64,000 nt of DNA. Source: Mariniblastus sp. (GTDB lineage Bacteria > Planctomycetota > Planctomycetia > Pirellulales > Pirellulaceae). The translations under genes were made by a program, and so were the position numbers. Within the stretch, counting starts at the first letter, position 1; the number at the start of each line of letters is the position of its first letter. Positions 38,980-48,996 of this stretch are shown one piece after another. Under the pieces are notes generated by a model that made no database searches, was not told the origin of the DNA, and worked only from the letters and a program-made list of their open reading frames with translations. The stretch is from positions 8,229 to 72,228 of the forward strand of contig JBPCVC010000024.1 in assembly GCA_051010835.1 (NCBI GenBank), given 5' to 3'.

Positions 38980-39851
38980 GCTGCTTTTCTCCTTAGCTCG
39001 CGTCCGCGACCATGACGACCCGCTTGCGACTGGGCGACCGTTTCCAAGAAATGGCTGATCTCAGGAATTAAATAGCCTTTTGATTTAAGAATTTCCTCGC
39101 AATTACTAAGCCCGACACGGGCTCGATACATCAAGCGATACGCTTCATTGATCGCGTCAACCACGGGCTGTTCGAAATCATTTCTACGAAGTGCGACGAT
39201 GTTGACACAGCGAGGGCGAGCGGGGCTTCCGTCAGCCAGCATGTACGGTGCGATGTCTTGTAACACGCGACTTGCGGCGCCTACGAATGTGTAGCAACCA
39301 ATTGCGCCGTAGTGGGTGACGGCGACGGAGCCTGATAGCGTTGCGTGGTGGTCAACATGGACGTGACCGCCGAGCATGGAGCCATGACCGATAATAACCC
39401 GGTCGCCAATAACGCAGTCGTGGGCGATATGAACATTGCCCATAAAATAGCAATCGCTACCAACGCGGGTGTAATGATCTTCTTTTACAGTTGCCCGATT
39501 AATAGTGACACATTCCCGAATTACATTTCGGTCACCAATAACGACTTTGGTTTCAGTGCCTCGATAACTGATGTCCTGAGGCGCTCCGCCGAGTACAGCA
39601 CCCGGTGAGACGATATTATCTTCGCCTAAAGTGACGTCACCAAGAATGGTCACGTTATTAATTAGTTTTGTGTTCCTGCCGATTTTCGCTTTGGGGCCGA
39701 TAACGCAAAACGGCCCGATTTCGACACCCGGTGCGAGCATCGCCTCGGGGTCAACGCAAGCCAAGTTTGACACCTTGGGTGCTGGTTCTTGTGTGTCCAC
39801 TTGCGGCGTGCCTTCGTTGGGGGAATATATATCCACAGGAGTTCGTTTCAA
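38976..39851 (-). CDS. lpxA: UDP-N-acetylglucosamine acyltransferase
   Basis: Hexapeptide repeats, GGAPQD, IRECVTINRAT, HIAHDC, GHVHV, QDIAPY. Confidence 0.93.
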   Translation of the reverse strand: MKRTPVDIYSPNEGTPQVDTQEPAPKVSNLACVDPEAMLAPGVEIGPFCVIGPKAKIGRNTKLINNVTILGDVTLGEDNIVSPGAVLGGAPQDISYRGTETKVVIGDRNVIRECVTINRATVKEDHYTRVGSDCYFMGNVHIAHDCVIGDRVIIGHGSMLGGHVHVDHHATLSGSVAVTHYGAIGCYTFVGAASRVLQDIAPYMLADGSPARPRCVNIVALRRNDFEQPVVDAINEAYRLMYRARVGLSNCEEILKSKGYLIPEISHFLETVAQSQAGRHGRGRELRRKAA

Positions 39852-40720
39852 GCTGATTTTCGAATGGAGTTAGTATGGCCTATTTGCTGTAGTAGCGCGA
39901 ATACCAATTGAGAGTTCAAACGGTGGCCGCTTTTTGATGCGGTAAATTTTCCAATCAGGTCAGTCCCGGATAGCGAAAAATCACCAATCATATCTAGTAG
40001 TTTGTGCCGGGCACATTCGTTTTCGAATCGAACTTGGTTGTCGATCGGTCCTTGGGGGCCAAAAACGAGGATATCTTTGTAGCTGACTCGTTGCCCTAAT
40101 CCCTTTTTTTGGAGTTCTTCGGCTTCCTCGAGAAGCACAAAAGTCCTTGCCGGTGCAATTTCTGATGCAAAAATTTCAGGTGTGACCTGAGTTTGGTATG
40201 TCTGAGTTCCAATGGCTGGACACTCATAATGGAGTTGGTAGGCGAGCTCAAATTGATCTTGTTCAACCGGTTCTGCTTGAATCCAGGAATTTTCGTCACC
40301 GACCCGAATATTAGAAGTGACGCGAAGGGTTTTTCGGTCAGCATCCAGTTCGACCCGTTCTGTTTGACTTAGGGCATCGGAGAACGCCTTGCTGGATCCA
40401 TCATCCCCCGGCATTTCTGCGCGGGTAGCATGGATTTCGCAATTGTCGATATTTAATCCAGCGAGTGCTGCGAGAACATGTTCGACCATTTCAACGGGGC
40501 AACCCTCGGCAACCAGGGTTGTTCGCCGAGGGCCGTTGATTCGATTCTGAATAACGGCTGGAATCCTTGGTTGACCTGGAAGGTCGGTTCGCACGAAGAC
40601 GATGCCACTATTGGCTTCCGCAGGTTGGAATTTCAATTCGACGTCCCTGCCACTCCAGAATCCGTAACCGGAAACCGAGACACTTTGGGAAATCGTAGTT
40701 TGTTTTCTGGGAAGAGCCAA
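39848..40720 (-). CDS. lpxC: UDP-3-O-acyl-N-acetylglucosamine deacetylase
   Basis: QTTI..SVSVSG.G..SG, VEHVLAAL, DGSS, APARTF, RFENECARHKLLDMIGD, SGH.LN. Confidence 0.95.
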   Translation of the reverse strand: MALPRKQTTISQSVSVSGYGFWSGRDVELKFQPAEANSGIVFVRTDLPGQPRIPAVIQNRINGPRRTTLVAEGCPVEMVEHVLAALAGLNIDNCEIHATRAEMPGDDGSSKAFSDALSQTERVELDADRKTLRVTSNIRVGDENSWIQAEPVEQDQFELAYQLHYECPAIGTQTYQTQVTPEIFASEIAPARTFVLLEEAEELQKKGLGQRVSYKDILVFGPQGPIDNQVRFENECARHKLLDMIGDFSLSGTDLIGKFTASKSGHRLNSQLVFALLQQIGHTNSIRKSA

Positions 40721-40776
40721 TTTTTTACTTTCGAGGGGGCGTGCGAGGAAGCGACATCGTTTTACCGGTATTGGAG

Positions 40777-41391
40777 TTACTTTTGAAAAGTACCACCGGA
40801 ATTCTGCCCTACCGCGATCTGATTAACTCTGGCAATGACAATGTCTGTGATGTCATTTTGTGGGAGATAATAGATTACATTTCCATTGACTTTTTGCATC
40901 ACTGATCTTGGATTGGTCGAGTCGATCTCACCTCGATCGAATTTGAGAACTAGTCTAATTTGGTTGAGTTCGCAATATTGCTCAATGACCCCAGTGACTG
41001 TTAGATAAGTTTGATAATGCAATTGAGCTTCGCGTCGCATCAGCTCGCGCATGGTGTCTTTTTGGTCGACTTCCATCTTGGCTGCTTGTTGAGCCAGTGC
41101 GGTTTCTTCGCGCTTGAAATCCGGCGTACCTGGCTGGAAGCTTTGCTCCAACAACCTCGCCTTATCCATCAAGGTTTTTTGGGCGGCCATTGATGCTTCT
41201 TTGAATTTTTCGGCTTCAATTTTCAGGCCATTGAGTTGTTGCTCAAAATTGACATGGCTCTTGAAAATTAAAGGAATATCCACGATGGCGACTTTTTGTT
41301 GAGCCGATGTGGAAGATAAATTTATCAAGGCGGTTACCGTGAGAACGGTAAGAAAAGTTGCGATCCGTCGCTTATTGTTCACTTTCAGCAC
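40777..41391 (-). CDS. OmpH/Skp family periplasmic chaperone
   Basis: Signal peptide, KVAIVDI, long coiled coil, DITDIVI C-terminus; upstream of lpxC. Confidence 0.8.
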   Translation of the reverse strand: MLKVNNKRRIATFLTVLTVTALINLSSTSAQQKVAIVDIPLIFKSHVNFEQQLNGLKIEAEKFKEASMAAQKTLMDKARLLEQSFQPGTPDFKREETALAQQAAKMEVDQKDTMRELMRREAQLHYQTYLTVTGVIEQYCELNQIRLVLKFDRGEIDSTNPRSVMQKVNGNVIYYLPQNDITDIVIARVNQIAVGQNSGGTFQK

Positions 41392-41563
41392 TCCTTGCTG
41401 TCGTGAGGGTTACTCGATTCGGTTTCGGAAATCCATTTGCCGAAGCCAGCCGGTTCGAGTTATCAAATTATCTTGTGGCAGGCATTGTGCCGCCGATTGG
41501 GTTTTTCGTAAAGGGAGATTTGTGCGGAAAATATCTGCCAGCACTGAATAAACGGTCAAGCAG

Positions 41564-42574
41564 TCAAAAATTGGTTGTAAATGTTTCTCGAAGCTCGGCT
41601 GCTAATTCTCCGTAGCGCACGTAGAATCCCCGTGAAATCATGACTAAATAGACATTGAGTCCTAGAGAGATTAGCAGCATAACGTAAATGAAAAAGGTGG
41701 AACTTTTTGGAGAATTGATTGGTTTCGTATCTGTGGCTTCCAGGGGGTTAGTAACGTCGCTGGAAACGTTGTTGACGAATTTTTGCTCAGCCATATTCAT
41801 TGCGGTGTTCGTTGACGAGGTTCGATTTCCATTACCAATTGAATTATCGGGGGGAATATCGTCGGCATGGTTGGCAAGTTGGGCATGGGGAGGGGAAAAT
41901 ACGCCCGTCGGATTTCGATTTGGCGGGGTGGTTGTCCACGAAGGAGTTGGGATTTTGGCTAGGTTGGCCGGGGACGGCAGGCTCTTGGGTTGTTGGTTTA
42001 GCGGCATGAAATCTTGGCGTTGCGGGGATTTTTGAGGCGTTTCCCCATCCAGCATGTAAGCTGGTTGCGTGGTAATTGCGGGCCAGGCAGGTTTAGGATT
42101 GTTCGCGAGTTTGGGCTGATCATTAAAATATGCGAATTGAACTTTGGTAAAACGTCCTCGGTCTTCTTCTGGCAATTCATAAACCAGACGACAGGTTTGA
42201 AGGGATTGGATGTCAGATTCGCGTAATTGAAATCTTATGATTCCGTCTTTTTGTCCAGAATCCTGGCGATTCAGTTTTCGAAGTACTAAATTTTGATTTT
42301 GATTGCCGTGTTTTGTAAGTGTGAAACCATTGACGCACTCCAATCCAAGAGGTTTTTGGTTTTCATCGCGCGGATCAATGTCGGCGATGAGTAACCCATC
42401 TACTCGAAATTCGTTGATGGTGGCTTCGTCTAAGGTAAAGGTCACAGGCTGTACAAGGCCCTGTGTGATCGAAGGCTCTGAGGTTGGGATTTGCTTACTG
42501 AGCGTGCCGTGCGCAGTTGAGCTAAGGCAACCTGCAATGGCAACGGTAAAAAATAAGGTAGTGAACCCCTTCAT
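41564..42574 (-). CDS. Hypothetical exported protein with Pro/Asn-rich linker and C-terminal TM anchor
   Basis: GGAG 6 nt before ATG 42574; signal peptide; FFIYVMLLISLGLNVYLVMI near the C-terminus. Confidence 0.65.
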   Translation of the reverse strand: MKGFTTLFFTVAIAGCLSSTAHGTLSKQIPTSEPSITQGLVQPVTFTLDEATINEFRVDGLLIADIDPRDENQKPLGLECVNGFTLTKHGNQNQNLVLRKLNRQDSGQKDGIIRFQLRESDIQSLQTCRLVYELPEEDRGRFTKVQFAYFNDQPKLANNPKPAWPAITTQPAYMLDGETPQKSPQRQDFMPLNQQPKSLPSPANLAKIPTPSWTTTPPNRNPTGVFSPPHAQLANHADDIPPDNSIGNGNRTSSTNTAMNMAEQKFVNNVSSDVTNPLEATDTKPINSPKSSTFFIYVMLLISLGLNVYLVMISRGFYVRYGELAAELRETFTTNF

Positions 42575-42680
42575 GGACAACTCCAACATTCAATTAATTT
42601 CTGGGTAGCATTCTATAATAATGATTCGGTAACATGCGGGTAAATAGCGAAATCTATGTGGAGCCCTTTAAAACCTTAGA

Positions 42681-43775
42681 GTGAATGCGGAAGTAGCTTT
42701 TATCCGCGATGGGAACTCGTTGTTGCTGGAACAACCTAAAACAGAAATTATCAAAGTGCCTAATCAAACTGACGATACGTTGGCTAAAACGTCGGATGTT
42801 TCCTCTGCTGATCCAAAATCAGGCGGTAGTGAGGGGAATCGTTGGGGTAAAGCCAAGCTGGTTCGTTTTTTCCGTATCGTGATGATGATCTCTGTTGTGC
42901 TCGCAGTTGTCTACACTGCTATCACTTCTTTCCAGCAATTGCGGCAAGAGGGTTTTGATTTTTCAGCTGTCAAATACGGTTGGTGGATCGGTGCGGTCGG
43001 AGTTTACGTTGGAACGATGTTTTTATCCTGTTGCTTTTGGTTTCGTGTACTGATTGCTTTAGGCCAAAAGCCGAAGTTTGGCGCGGCGTTGATGGCGTTT
43101 TTTGCAAGTCAGCTTGGTAAGTACGTGCCGGGGAAAGCCATGGTTGTTGTTATCCGAACCGATATGATTCGCGGAGATGAGGTCAGTACTGCACCGGCTG
43201 CCGCGAGTGTTTTCGTCGAGACGCTAACCTGGATCTTTGTCGGTTCGGTGATTGGCAGTCTACTATTAGTTCTGCAATTCGAGGGGCAGACATTGCTCAA
43301 AACGATTGGCGTCTTACTGGCGATCATTGCCGGTACATTGACATGGCCACCGATTTTTCGCTGGATTGCTTTGAAATTGGGGGTTGTAAAGGGTCGCAAG
43401 GCAAAAAAACTATTGAGTGGCCTGAATCTTCAGACGATGAGTTTCGGTTGGCTGTTGATGACAATGGGTTGGTGTTTAAACGGTTTGAGTTTGTGGATGG
43501 TACTCAAGGGGTTACCTGGAACCGCCGTGGCAATTTCTGATTATTCGTTGGCGATGGTCTGTGTTTCTCTGGCGACGGTTGCCGGTTTTGTCTCGTTACT
43601 TCCGGGGGGTCTGGGCGTTCGGGAATTGGTCATGATTCCGCTACTTGGTTCTCAGTTTGGTGCGGTCACGGCGATTGTAGCGGCGATTGTGATTCGGGTG
43701 ATCTGGTTAACAGCGGAACTGGCTACGTCTGGTATAATTTACGGGTGCCGGCAGGCAATTGGTAAAGTACCGTAG
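42681..43775 (+). CDS. Lysylphosphatidylglycerol synthase-TM/UPF0104 flippase-like membrane protein
   Basis: QLGKYVPGK, LPGGLGVRE, many TM segments. Confidence 0.8.
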   Translation: MNAEVAFIRDGNSLLLEQPKTEIIKVPNQTDDTLAKTSDVSSADPKSGGSEGNRWGKAKLVRFFRIVMMISVVLAVVYTAITSFQQLRQEGFDFSAVKYGWWIGAVGVYVGTMFLSCCFWFRVLIALGQKPKFGAALMAFFASQLGKYVPGKAMVVVIRTDMIRGDEVSTAPAAASVFVETLTWIFVGSVIGSLLLVLQFEGQTLLKTIGVLLAIIAGTLTWPPIFRWIALKLGVVKGRKAKKLLSGLNLQTMSFGWLLMTMGWCLNGLSLWMVLKGLPGTAVAISDYSLAMVCVSLATVAGFVSLLPGGLGVRELVMIPLLGSQFGAVTAIVAAIVIRVIWLTAELATSGIIYGCRQAIGKVP

Positions 43776-43803
43776 AGAAGTTCTTCTCTGGAGCAAAAGA
43801 AAC

Positions 43804-44775
43804 ATGCCAAAAATCTCAATCATAATTCCCGTTTTTAACGAAGAAGATTCGCTGAAAGAACTTCATCGTGAGATCAGTGCAGTTGCTGAAGTAAATCAGT
43901 ATCAGGTTGAGTGTGTTTTTGTGGATGACGGCTCAACCGATCGTAGTTGGAGCGTCTTGTCTGAGTTGGCGGAGTGTGATTCACGCGTCCAGTGTATCCA
44001 GTTTCGCAGGAATTTTGGTAAGGCCGCTGCATTGCGAGCGGGGGCTGAAACTGCCACGGGCTCATTGTTGGTGACGATGGATGCAGACTTGCAGGACGAT
44101 CCGTCTGAGCTGCCCAGCATGCTCGAGAAGTTGGGCGACGATTACGATCTGATCAGTGGCTGGAAGCGGGTACGGCATGACCCCCTTGGAAAAACGGTGC
44201 CGTCGAAGGTTTTCAATTGGTTGGTTGGTTTTCTGACTGGCGTTAAGCTTCATGATCACAATTGCGGATTTAAGTTATATCGCCGCGAGATCTTTGACGA
44301 AGTCAAGCTCTACGGGGAAATGCACCGATTCGTTCCAGTTTTGGCTCATGCGAAAGGTTTTCGAGTTGGCGAAATACCAGTCAATCACCGAGCCCGCGAA
44401 CATGGCGTCTCCAAGTATGGATGGTCGCGTTTACCAAAAGGATTTCTAGATTTACTGACAGTCAGTTTTTTAACTGGATTTAATCAGCGTCCGCAGCATG
44501 TCATTGGTGCATTGGGTTTGTTTTCGTTGGTCGTTGGTTCAGCTGGAATCGCCTACATGTCGGTTTATTGGGTGCTTCGAGTATCTTTTGAAGCCTGCAG
44601 TGAATGGGTTCCTGTCCATCAGCGCCCTTTGCTCGTTTATTCATTAGGCGCTTTTTTGCTGGGCACTCAATTGTTGTGTATGGGGTTTCTGGCAGAACTG
44701 ATTGTTGCCCGTGGGCAAGAGGGGCGAGAGCCTTATTCCATTCGAAACCAGCTTGGTAAATCCCGGAAAAAGTAG
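43804..44775 (+). CDS. GT2 polyprenol-phosphate glycosyltransferase (ArnC/DPM-like)
   Basis: IIPVFNEE, VDDGSTD, RNFGKAAAL, DADLQDDP, DHNCGFK, EMHRF, SKY; two C-terminal TM segments. Confidence 0.9.
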   Translation: MPKISIIIPVFNEEDSLKELHREISAVAEVNQYQVECVFVDDGSTDRSWSVLSELAECDSRVQCIQFRRNFGKAAALRAGAETATGSLLVTMDADLQDDPSELPSMLEKLGDDYDLISGWKRVRHDPLGKTVPSKVFNWLVGFLTGVKLHDHNCGFKLYRREIFDEVKLYGEMHRFVPVLAHAKGFRVGEIPVNHRAREHGVSKYGWSRLPKGFLDLLTVSFLTGFNQRPQHVIGALGLFSLVVGSAGIAYMSVYWVLRVSFEACSEWVPVHQRPLLVYSLGAFLLGTQLLCMGFLAELIVARGQEGREPYSIRNQLGKSRKK

Positions 44776-44861
44776 TTGGACAGCATCTTCGAAATTAAAT
44801 AGAACCTTTAGATTTTATCGTTGAAGTTTATTTAGCGGTTTTAGGCGGTAGTGCAGTCAGT

Positions 44862-46526
44862 ATGAATGCGTCTTCAAATTCTAAAAATCAGAATGAAACT
44901 TGTCCTGCCGAACTGCCAAATTTCTGCGCACAGAGGCACTGGGCAATTTTTTGGATTCTGATCTTATGCTCACTGTCGGTTGTGGCCGGACGTGTTTTGA
45001 CCGTCCAAAACTTCCAGGCTCGAGGCGATTCACCTTTTTTTAGTGCAAATGATCGATCTCGATGGTGCACGATTCGTTCGCTCGGTGATAGTGGAACGTT
45101 CAGGATTGACGAAGTGATTCGTCGAGGACAGCCAGTTGATTGGGATTCTATCGACAAAGTTCAGCATGTTGGTGAGGACGGACGCCTTCATTTTTATTCC
45201 AGTAAGCCGACGCTTTTGCCGACGCTCCTCTCGGGGATTTACCTTGGAGTCAAAACGACAACAGGGAAGAACCTCGAAAACGATCCGATGTTTGTGGCAC
45301 GGCTAATGCTGTTGCTGGTCAATGTTGGTGGATGGGGGGTCTACCTGTATTTCATGGCACTTACGATCAACTCCATTCCCGTTCGCGATTGGTCTCGATA
45401 TTACGTTTTGGCTTGCGCTGGTTTTGGAACCTATCTTTCGACCTACGCCAACACGCTCAATAATCACTTGCCTGCAGCGATTAGCGTGATGATTTCCCTT
45501 TATTGTCTGTCTGTGATTTGGCGCAAAGACAATTCAGGCTGGCGTTATTTTTTTGCGGCGGGTCTGTTTTCGGCGTTTGCGGCGGCTAATGAATTGCCAG
45601 CGCTCTCGTATTTTAGTCTGGCTGCATTGTTTTGTTTTCTGCGCTCGCCCGGCAAGATGGCGACTGGATTTGTCCCCGGGTGTGTTCTCGTTGCCGCTGG
45701 TTTTTTTGGAACCAATTTTCTGGCTCATGGAGAGTTTCGACCGGCCTATGCTCATCGCGGTGATGGTGAAGTGGTCAAGACACTCGCGGGAGATTTTGAC
45801 GGTGTGTTAGACAAAGGTCAGTTGCCATCGGCACTTAATTTCTTCGAAATGGAAGCTCCCGAGGTGAGTCCAGGATCTTGGCCTAGTTCGCCAAGTAACG
45901 AAACCAGGTGGGTGGTGCGGGATAGGTTTTCAGCGAAACAGTTTTCGGTAGTCAAAGTGGGCGATGCCGGAGAGCCCGGTTCGGAATATGAGATACGTCA
46001 ATGGGATAATTGGTATGACTATCCGGGAAGTTACTGGCTGGATGTAAATGCAGAATCGAAATCCCCCGTTGACCGCGGGCAGCCGTCGAGGGTTTTGTAT
46101 GCATTTCACGTACTGTTTGGCCACCATGGTATTTTTTCATTGACCCCGATGTGGGTGATGAGTTTTGCCGGAATGTTTTCGTTTTTGTTGGGGGCAAAAA
46201 TTGCGGGGCAATTTCGAATGCGATGGCTTGGCTGGATGACGGTTGTGCTGTCATTTGTTGTCATTGGGTTCTATTTAAATCGACCTGAAATGGATAGGAA
46301 TTACGGTGGTGTCACGAGTGCCTTGAGGTGGCTGTTTTGGTTAGCGCCGTTGTGGCTGGTTTGTATGTTGCCAGTTGTGGATGGTTTGGCAAGAACGAAA
46401 ACTGGCAAGGCGATTTGTTACTGCTTGTTTGCCGTGAGTGCGGTATCCGCCTGTTATTCCGTGGCGAACCCCTGGGTGCATCCATGGCTGTATGAGGTCT
46501 GGGAACTTACGGGTCTACCGCAATAG
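44862..46526 (+). CDS. Polytopic membrane protein, possible GT-C fold glycosyltransferase
   Basis: TM1 followed by a loop with SANDRSRW and YSSKP, then many TM segments; follows flippase and GT2 genes. Confidence 0.6.
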   Translation: MNASSNSKNQNETCPAELPNFCAQRHWAIFWILILCSLSVVAGRVLTVQNFQARGDSPFFSANDRSRWCTIRSLGDSGTFRIDEVIRRGQPVDWDSIDKVQHVGEDGRLHFYSSKPTLLPTLLSGIYLGVKTTTGKNLENDPMFVARLMLLLVNVGGWGVYLYFMALTINSIPVRDWSRYYVLACAGFGTYLSTYANTLNNHLPAAISVMISLYCLSVIWRKDNSGWRYFFAAGLFSAFAAANELPALSYFSLAALFCFLRSPGKMATGFVPGCVLVAAGFFGTNFLAHGEFRPAYAHRGDGEVVKTLAGDFDGVLDKGQLPSALNFFEMEAPEVSPGSWPSSPSNETRWVVRDRFSAKQFSVVKVGDAGEPGSEYEIRQWDNWYDYPGSYWLDVNAESKSPVDRGQPSRVLYAFHVLFGHHGIFSLTPMWVMSFAGMFSFLLGAKIAGQFRMRWLGWMTVVLSFVVIGFYLNRPEMDRNYGGVTSALRWLFWLAPLWLVCMLPVVDGLARTKTGKAICYCLFAVSAVSACYSVANPWVHPWLYEVWELTGLPQ

Positions 46527-46734
46527 CTTTTTTGGTTCCGGCTGATTGAGCTGGCAGAGTCTTGGCTGTTTCGGTTGTCTCTTTTGCCCTCAGTGGCAGA
46601 TTTAGAGTTTTTGTTCGGTTGAAAAGCCTTGGTTCCGCCAGCATCTGGCTTGAGCTAACTCATGGTTAGAGTGTAAATTTGTGCAGACCACATGATTATT
46701 AAATTTGCTCTCCATCTCGCAGCGAACTAACGCA

Positions 46735-48303
46735 ATGAAAATTCAATTTTACAATTCTTTGACGAACCAGCAGGAAGAATTTACTCCGTTAGAGCCTGGT
46801 AAAGTTTCCATGTATAGTTGCGGACCAACGGTTTATGATTTTGCACACATTGGAAATTTCCGGTCGTTTTTGTTCGGCGACTTACTCAGAAGGTTTTTTG
46901 AGTTGACGGGGCATGACGTTCACCACGTGATGAACATTACGGATGTCGGCCATATGGTCGAGGGTGAAGCGGATAAAATGATGGAGGCGGCGAATCGCGT
47001 CAAAGTCAATAAAAAATCCGGAAGAGTGCCTGAAGGAGCGATTGAAAACCCAGAAGATCCTTACCAGATCGCCGAGTTCTACACACAGGCATTTTTGGAG
47101 GATGCTCGACGCCTGGGTTACAAGGTAGCTTACGAGTATCCACAGAACGTTCCGAAAGCGACACATCATGTTGAAGGTACCGACGGAATGATCGGCATGA
47201 TCCAGACGTTGCTTGAGCGGGGGCATGCCTACGTCGCTGATGATGGCGTTGTTTATTACAGCGTTGAAAGTTTCCCGGGGTACGGACAATTGAGTGGTAA
47301 CTCGCTGGAAAAAATACAAAGCAATGCGGGTGGTCGTGTTTCTGAAGAAAATCAATCTCAAAAGCGGCATCCCGGAGACTTCATGCTTTGGAAGCCGGAT
47401 CAGAATCACATTATGAAATGGGATTCGCCGTGGGGGGTTGGCTATCCAGGTTGGCATATCGAGTGCAGCGTGATGGCGCGATCAATCATTGGTCGGGATG
47501 TGATCGACATCCACACCGGGGGAGAAGATCTGATTTTCCCTCATCACGAATGTGAGATTGCGCAATCATGTGGCGCGACGGGAGAGGATCGGTTTGCCAA
47601 TTTTTGGATTCATGCAAGATTTCTTTTTGTTGAAAATGAGAAGATGTCAAAGTCGTTAGGGAATTTCTACACGGCACGGGATGTGTTTGATGGGAAAGTG
47701 AAAGTCGCTGACGAAAATACCGGGAAATTGATTGAAATGGGACGTAGTGTACATCCGGCAGTTCTCCGGTTTGAATTAATCAAATCACATTACCGGACCA
47801 ATATGAACTTCACAGCGAAAGGGCTGATGGATTCTGCGCAGACGATTGACCGGATGGTTGAGTTCCGTAAAACACTCGAGAGTAAGATCGCAGGTGACAG
47901 TGCTCAGGCTGAAGTTGATTTGTCGCATCCGGTGCTTGGTGAGTTTGCTGCAATGTTGGCCGATGACCTGAATGTATCGGGAGCGTTGGGGGTTATGCTT
48001 CCTTGGATTAAAAGCGACCATCCAGACCCTCGGTTGTCTCTGGCGGTATTGAAAGCGATGAACTCGGTTTTGTCGGTGGCTCCGATTAATGAAGGGATTG
48101 CCAACGCAACTGAAGAGGTTGAGTCTGAATCTGATGCAGCGGAATTCGAACAAGCTCAACAATGGGCAACTGAAATGGACACCGCCCGTAAAGATAAAGA
48201 TTGGCCAACATCAGATGCTTTTCGTGACAAAATTCATGCAGCAGGATTTGAAGTGCAGCAGACCCCGGAGGGTTCAAAAATCAAGAGAAAACTCAGCGTT
48301 TAA
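46735..48303 (+). CDS. cysS: Cysteine--tRNA ligase
   Basis: [46 protein letters not shown]. Confidence 0.97.
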   Translation: MKIQFYNSLTNQQEEFTPLEPGKVSMYSCGPTVYDFAHIGNFRSFLFGDLLRRFFELTGHDVHHVMNITDVGHMVEGEADKMMEAANRVKVNKKSGRVPEGAIENPEDPYQIAEFYTQAFLEDARRLGYKVAYEYPQNVPKATHHVEGTDGMIGMIQTLLERGHAYVADDGVVYYSVESFPGYGQLSGNSLEKIQSNAGGRVSEENQSQKRHPGDFMLWKPDQNHIMKWDSPWGVGYPGWHIECSVMARSIIGRDVIDIHTGGEDLIFPHHECEIAQSCGATGEDRFANFWIHARFLFVENEKMSKSLGNFYTARDVFDGKVKVADENTGKLIEMGRSVHPAVLRFELIKSHYRTNMNFTAKGLMDSAQTIDRMVEFRKTLESKIAGDSAQAEVDLSHPVLGEFAAMLADDLNVSGALGVMLPWIKSDHPDPRLSLAVLKAMNSVLSVAPINEGIANATEEVESESDAAEFEQAQQWATEMDTARKDKDWPTSDAFRDKIHAAGFEVQQTPEGSKIKRKLSV

Positions 48304-48309
48304 TTTTAC

Positions 48310-48333
48310 GGTGGTTGGTGGTTGGTGGTTGGG
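48310..48333 (+). repeat. (GGTGGTT)x3 + GGG short tandem repeat
   Basis: Direct reading of 48310-48333, just after the cysS stop. Confidence 0.7.
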
Positions 48334-48433
48334 AGAGTTGACAAGGAAGAGCTGAGTTGAATATTGATTGGAACTTTGTTCTTGGTGAAGCTGCTGTAAC
48401 AATATTGCATTCATTGATATAAGAATTGATAGC

Positions 48434-48955
48434 ATGGAGGATCGCATGACGGTACCGATGAACGAGTCGTTAGCTGTTCAGGAAAATATTGTTCTGCCTG
48501 GTGATACCAACGCGCACGATACAATGTTTGGTGGTCTTTTGATGAAGCGTATCGATGAAACCGCTGCCATCTCAGCTCGTCGACATTGTCGTGGGTCCGT
48601 GGTGACAGCTTCGAATGACGGTGTCCATTTTCATCGTCCTATTCAACGCGATGATATCGTTGTGTTGGAGTCATATGTATGCTCGGTGGGGCGAAGCTCG
48701 ATGGAGATTTTCGTCAAAATAATGACAGAAAATGCGAGTCGGGATTCGGAGCGAAACGTCGCCGCAATTTCTTTTTTGACATTTGTGGCGCTCGATGAAG
48801 AAGGAAAGCCGACTCCCGTTCCTGGCGTTGAACCACAGTCTTCTGAAGAGGTTTCTGTGTTTCGAGATCGAGATATCCGAAAGCAGATGCGGCTAAAAAA
48901 GCGTGAAGAAACCAACGGCTTGATTCACGCGTTGATTGGTGACGCGGCGGGTTAG
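48434..48955 (+). CDS. Acyl-CoA thioesterase (hotdog fold, YciA-like)
   Basis: PGDTNAHDTMFGG.LM..ID, VVTAS.D, VGRSSMEI, TFVALD..GKP. Confidence 0.9.
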   Translation: MEDRMTVPMNESLAVQENIVLPGDTNAHDTMFGGLLMKRIDETAAISARRHCRGSVVTASNDGVHFHRPIQRDDIVVLESYVCSVGRSSMEIFVKIMTENASRDSERNVAAISFLTFVALDEEGKPTPVPGVEPQSSEEVSVFRDRDIRKQMRLKKREETNGLIHALIGDAAG

Positions 48956-48996
48956 GCTAACGTTGTCGCTTCAAACGTCATTTCTAATTGTCATCT

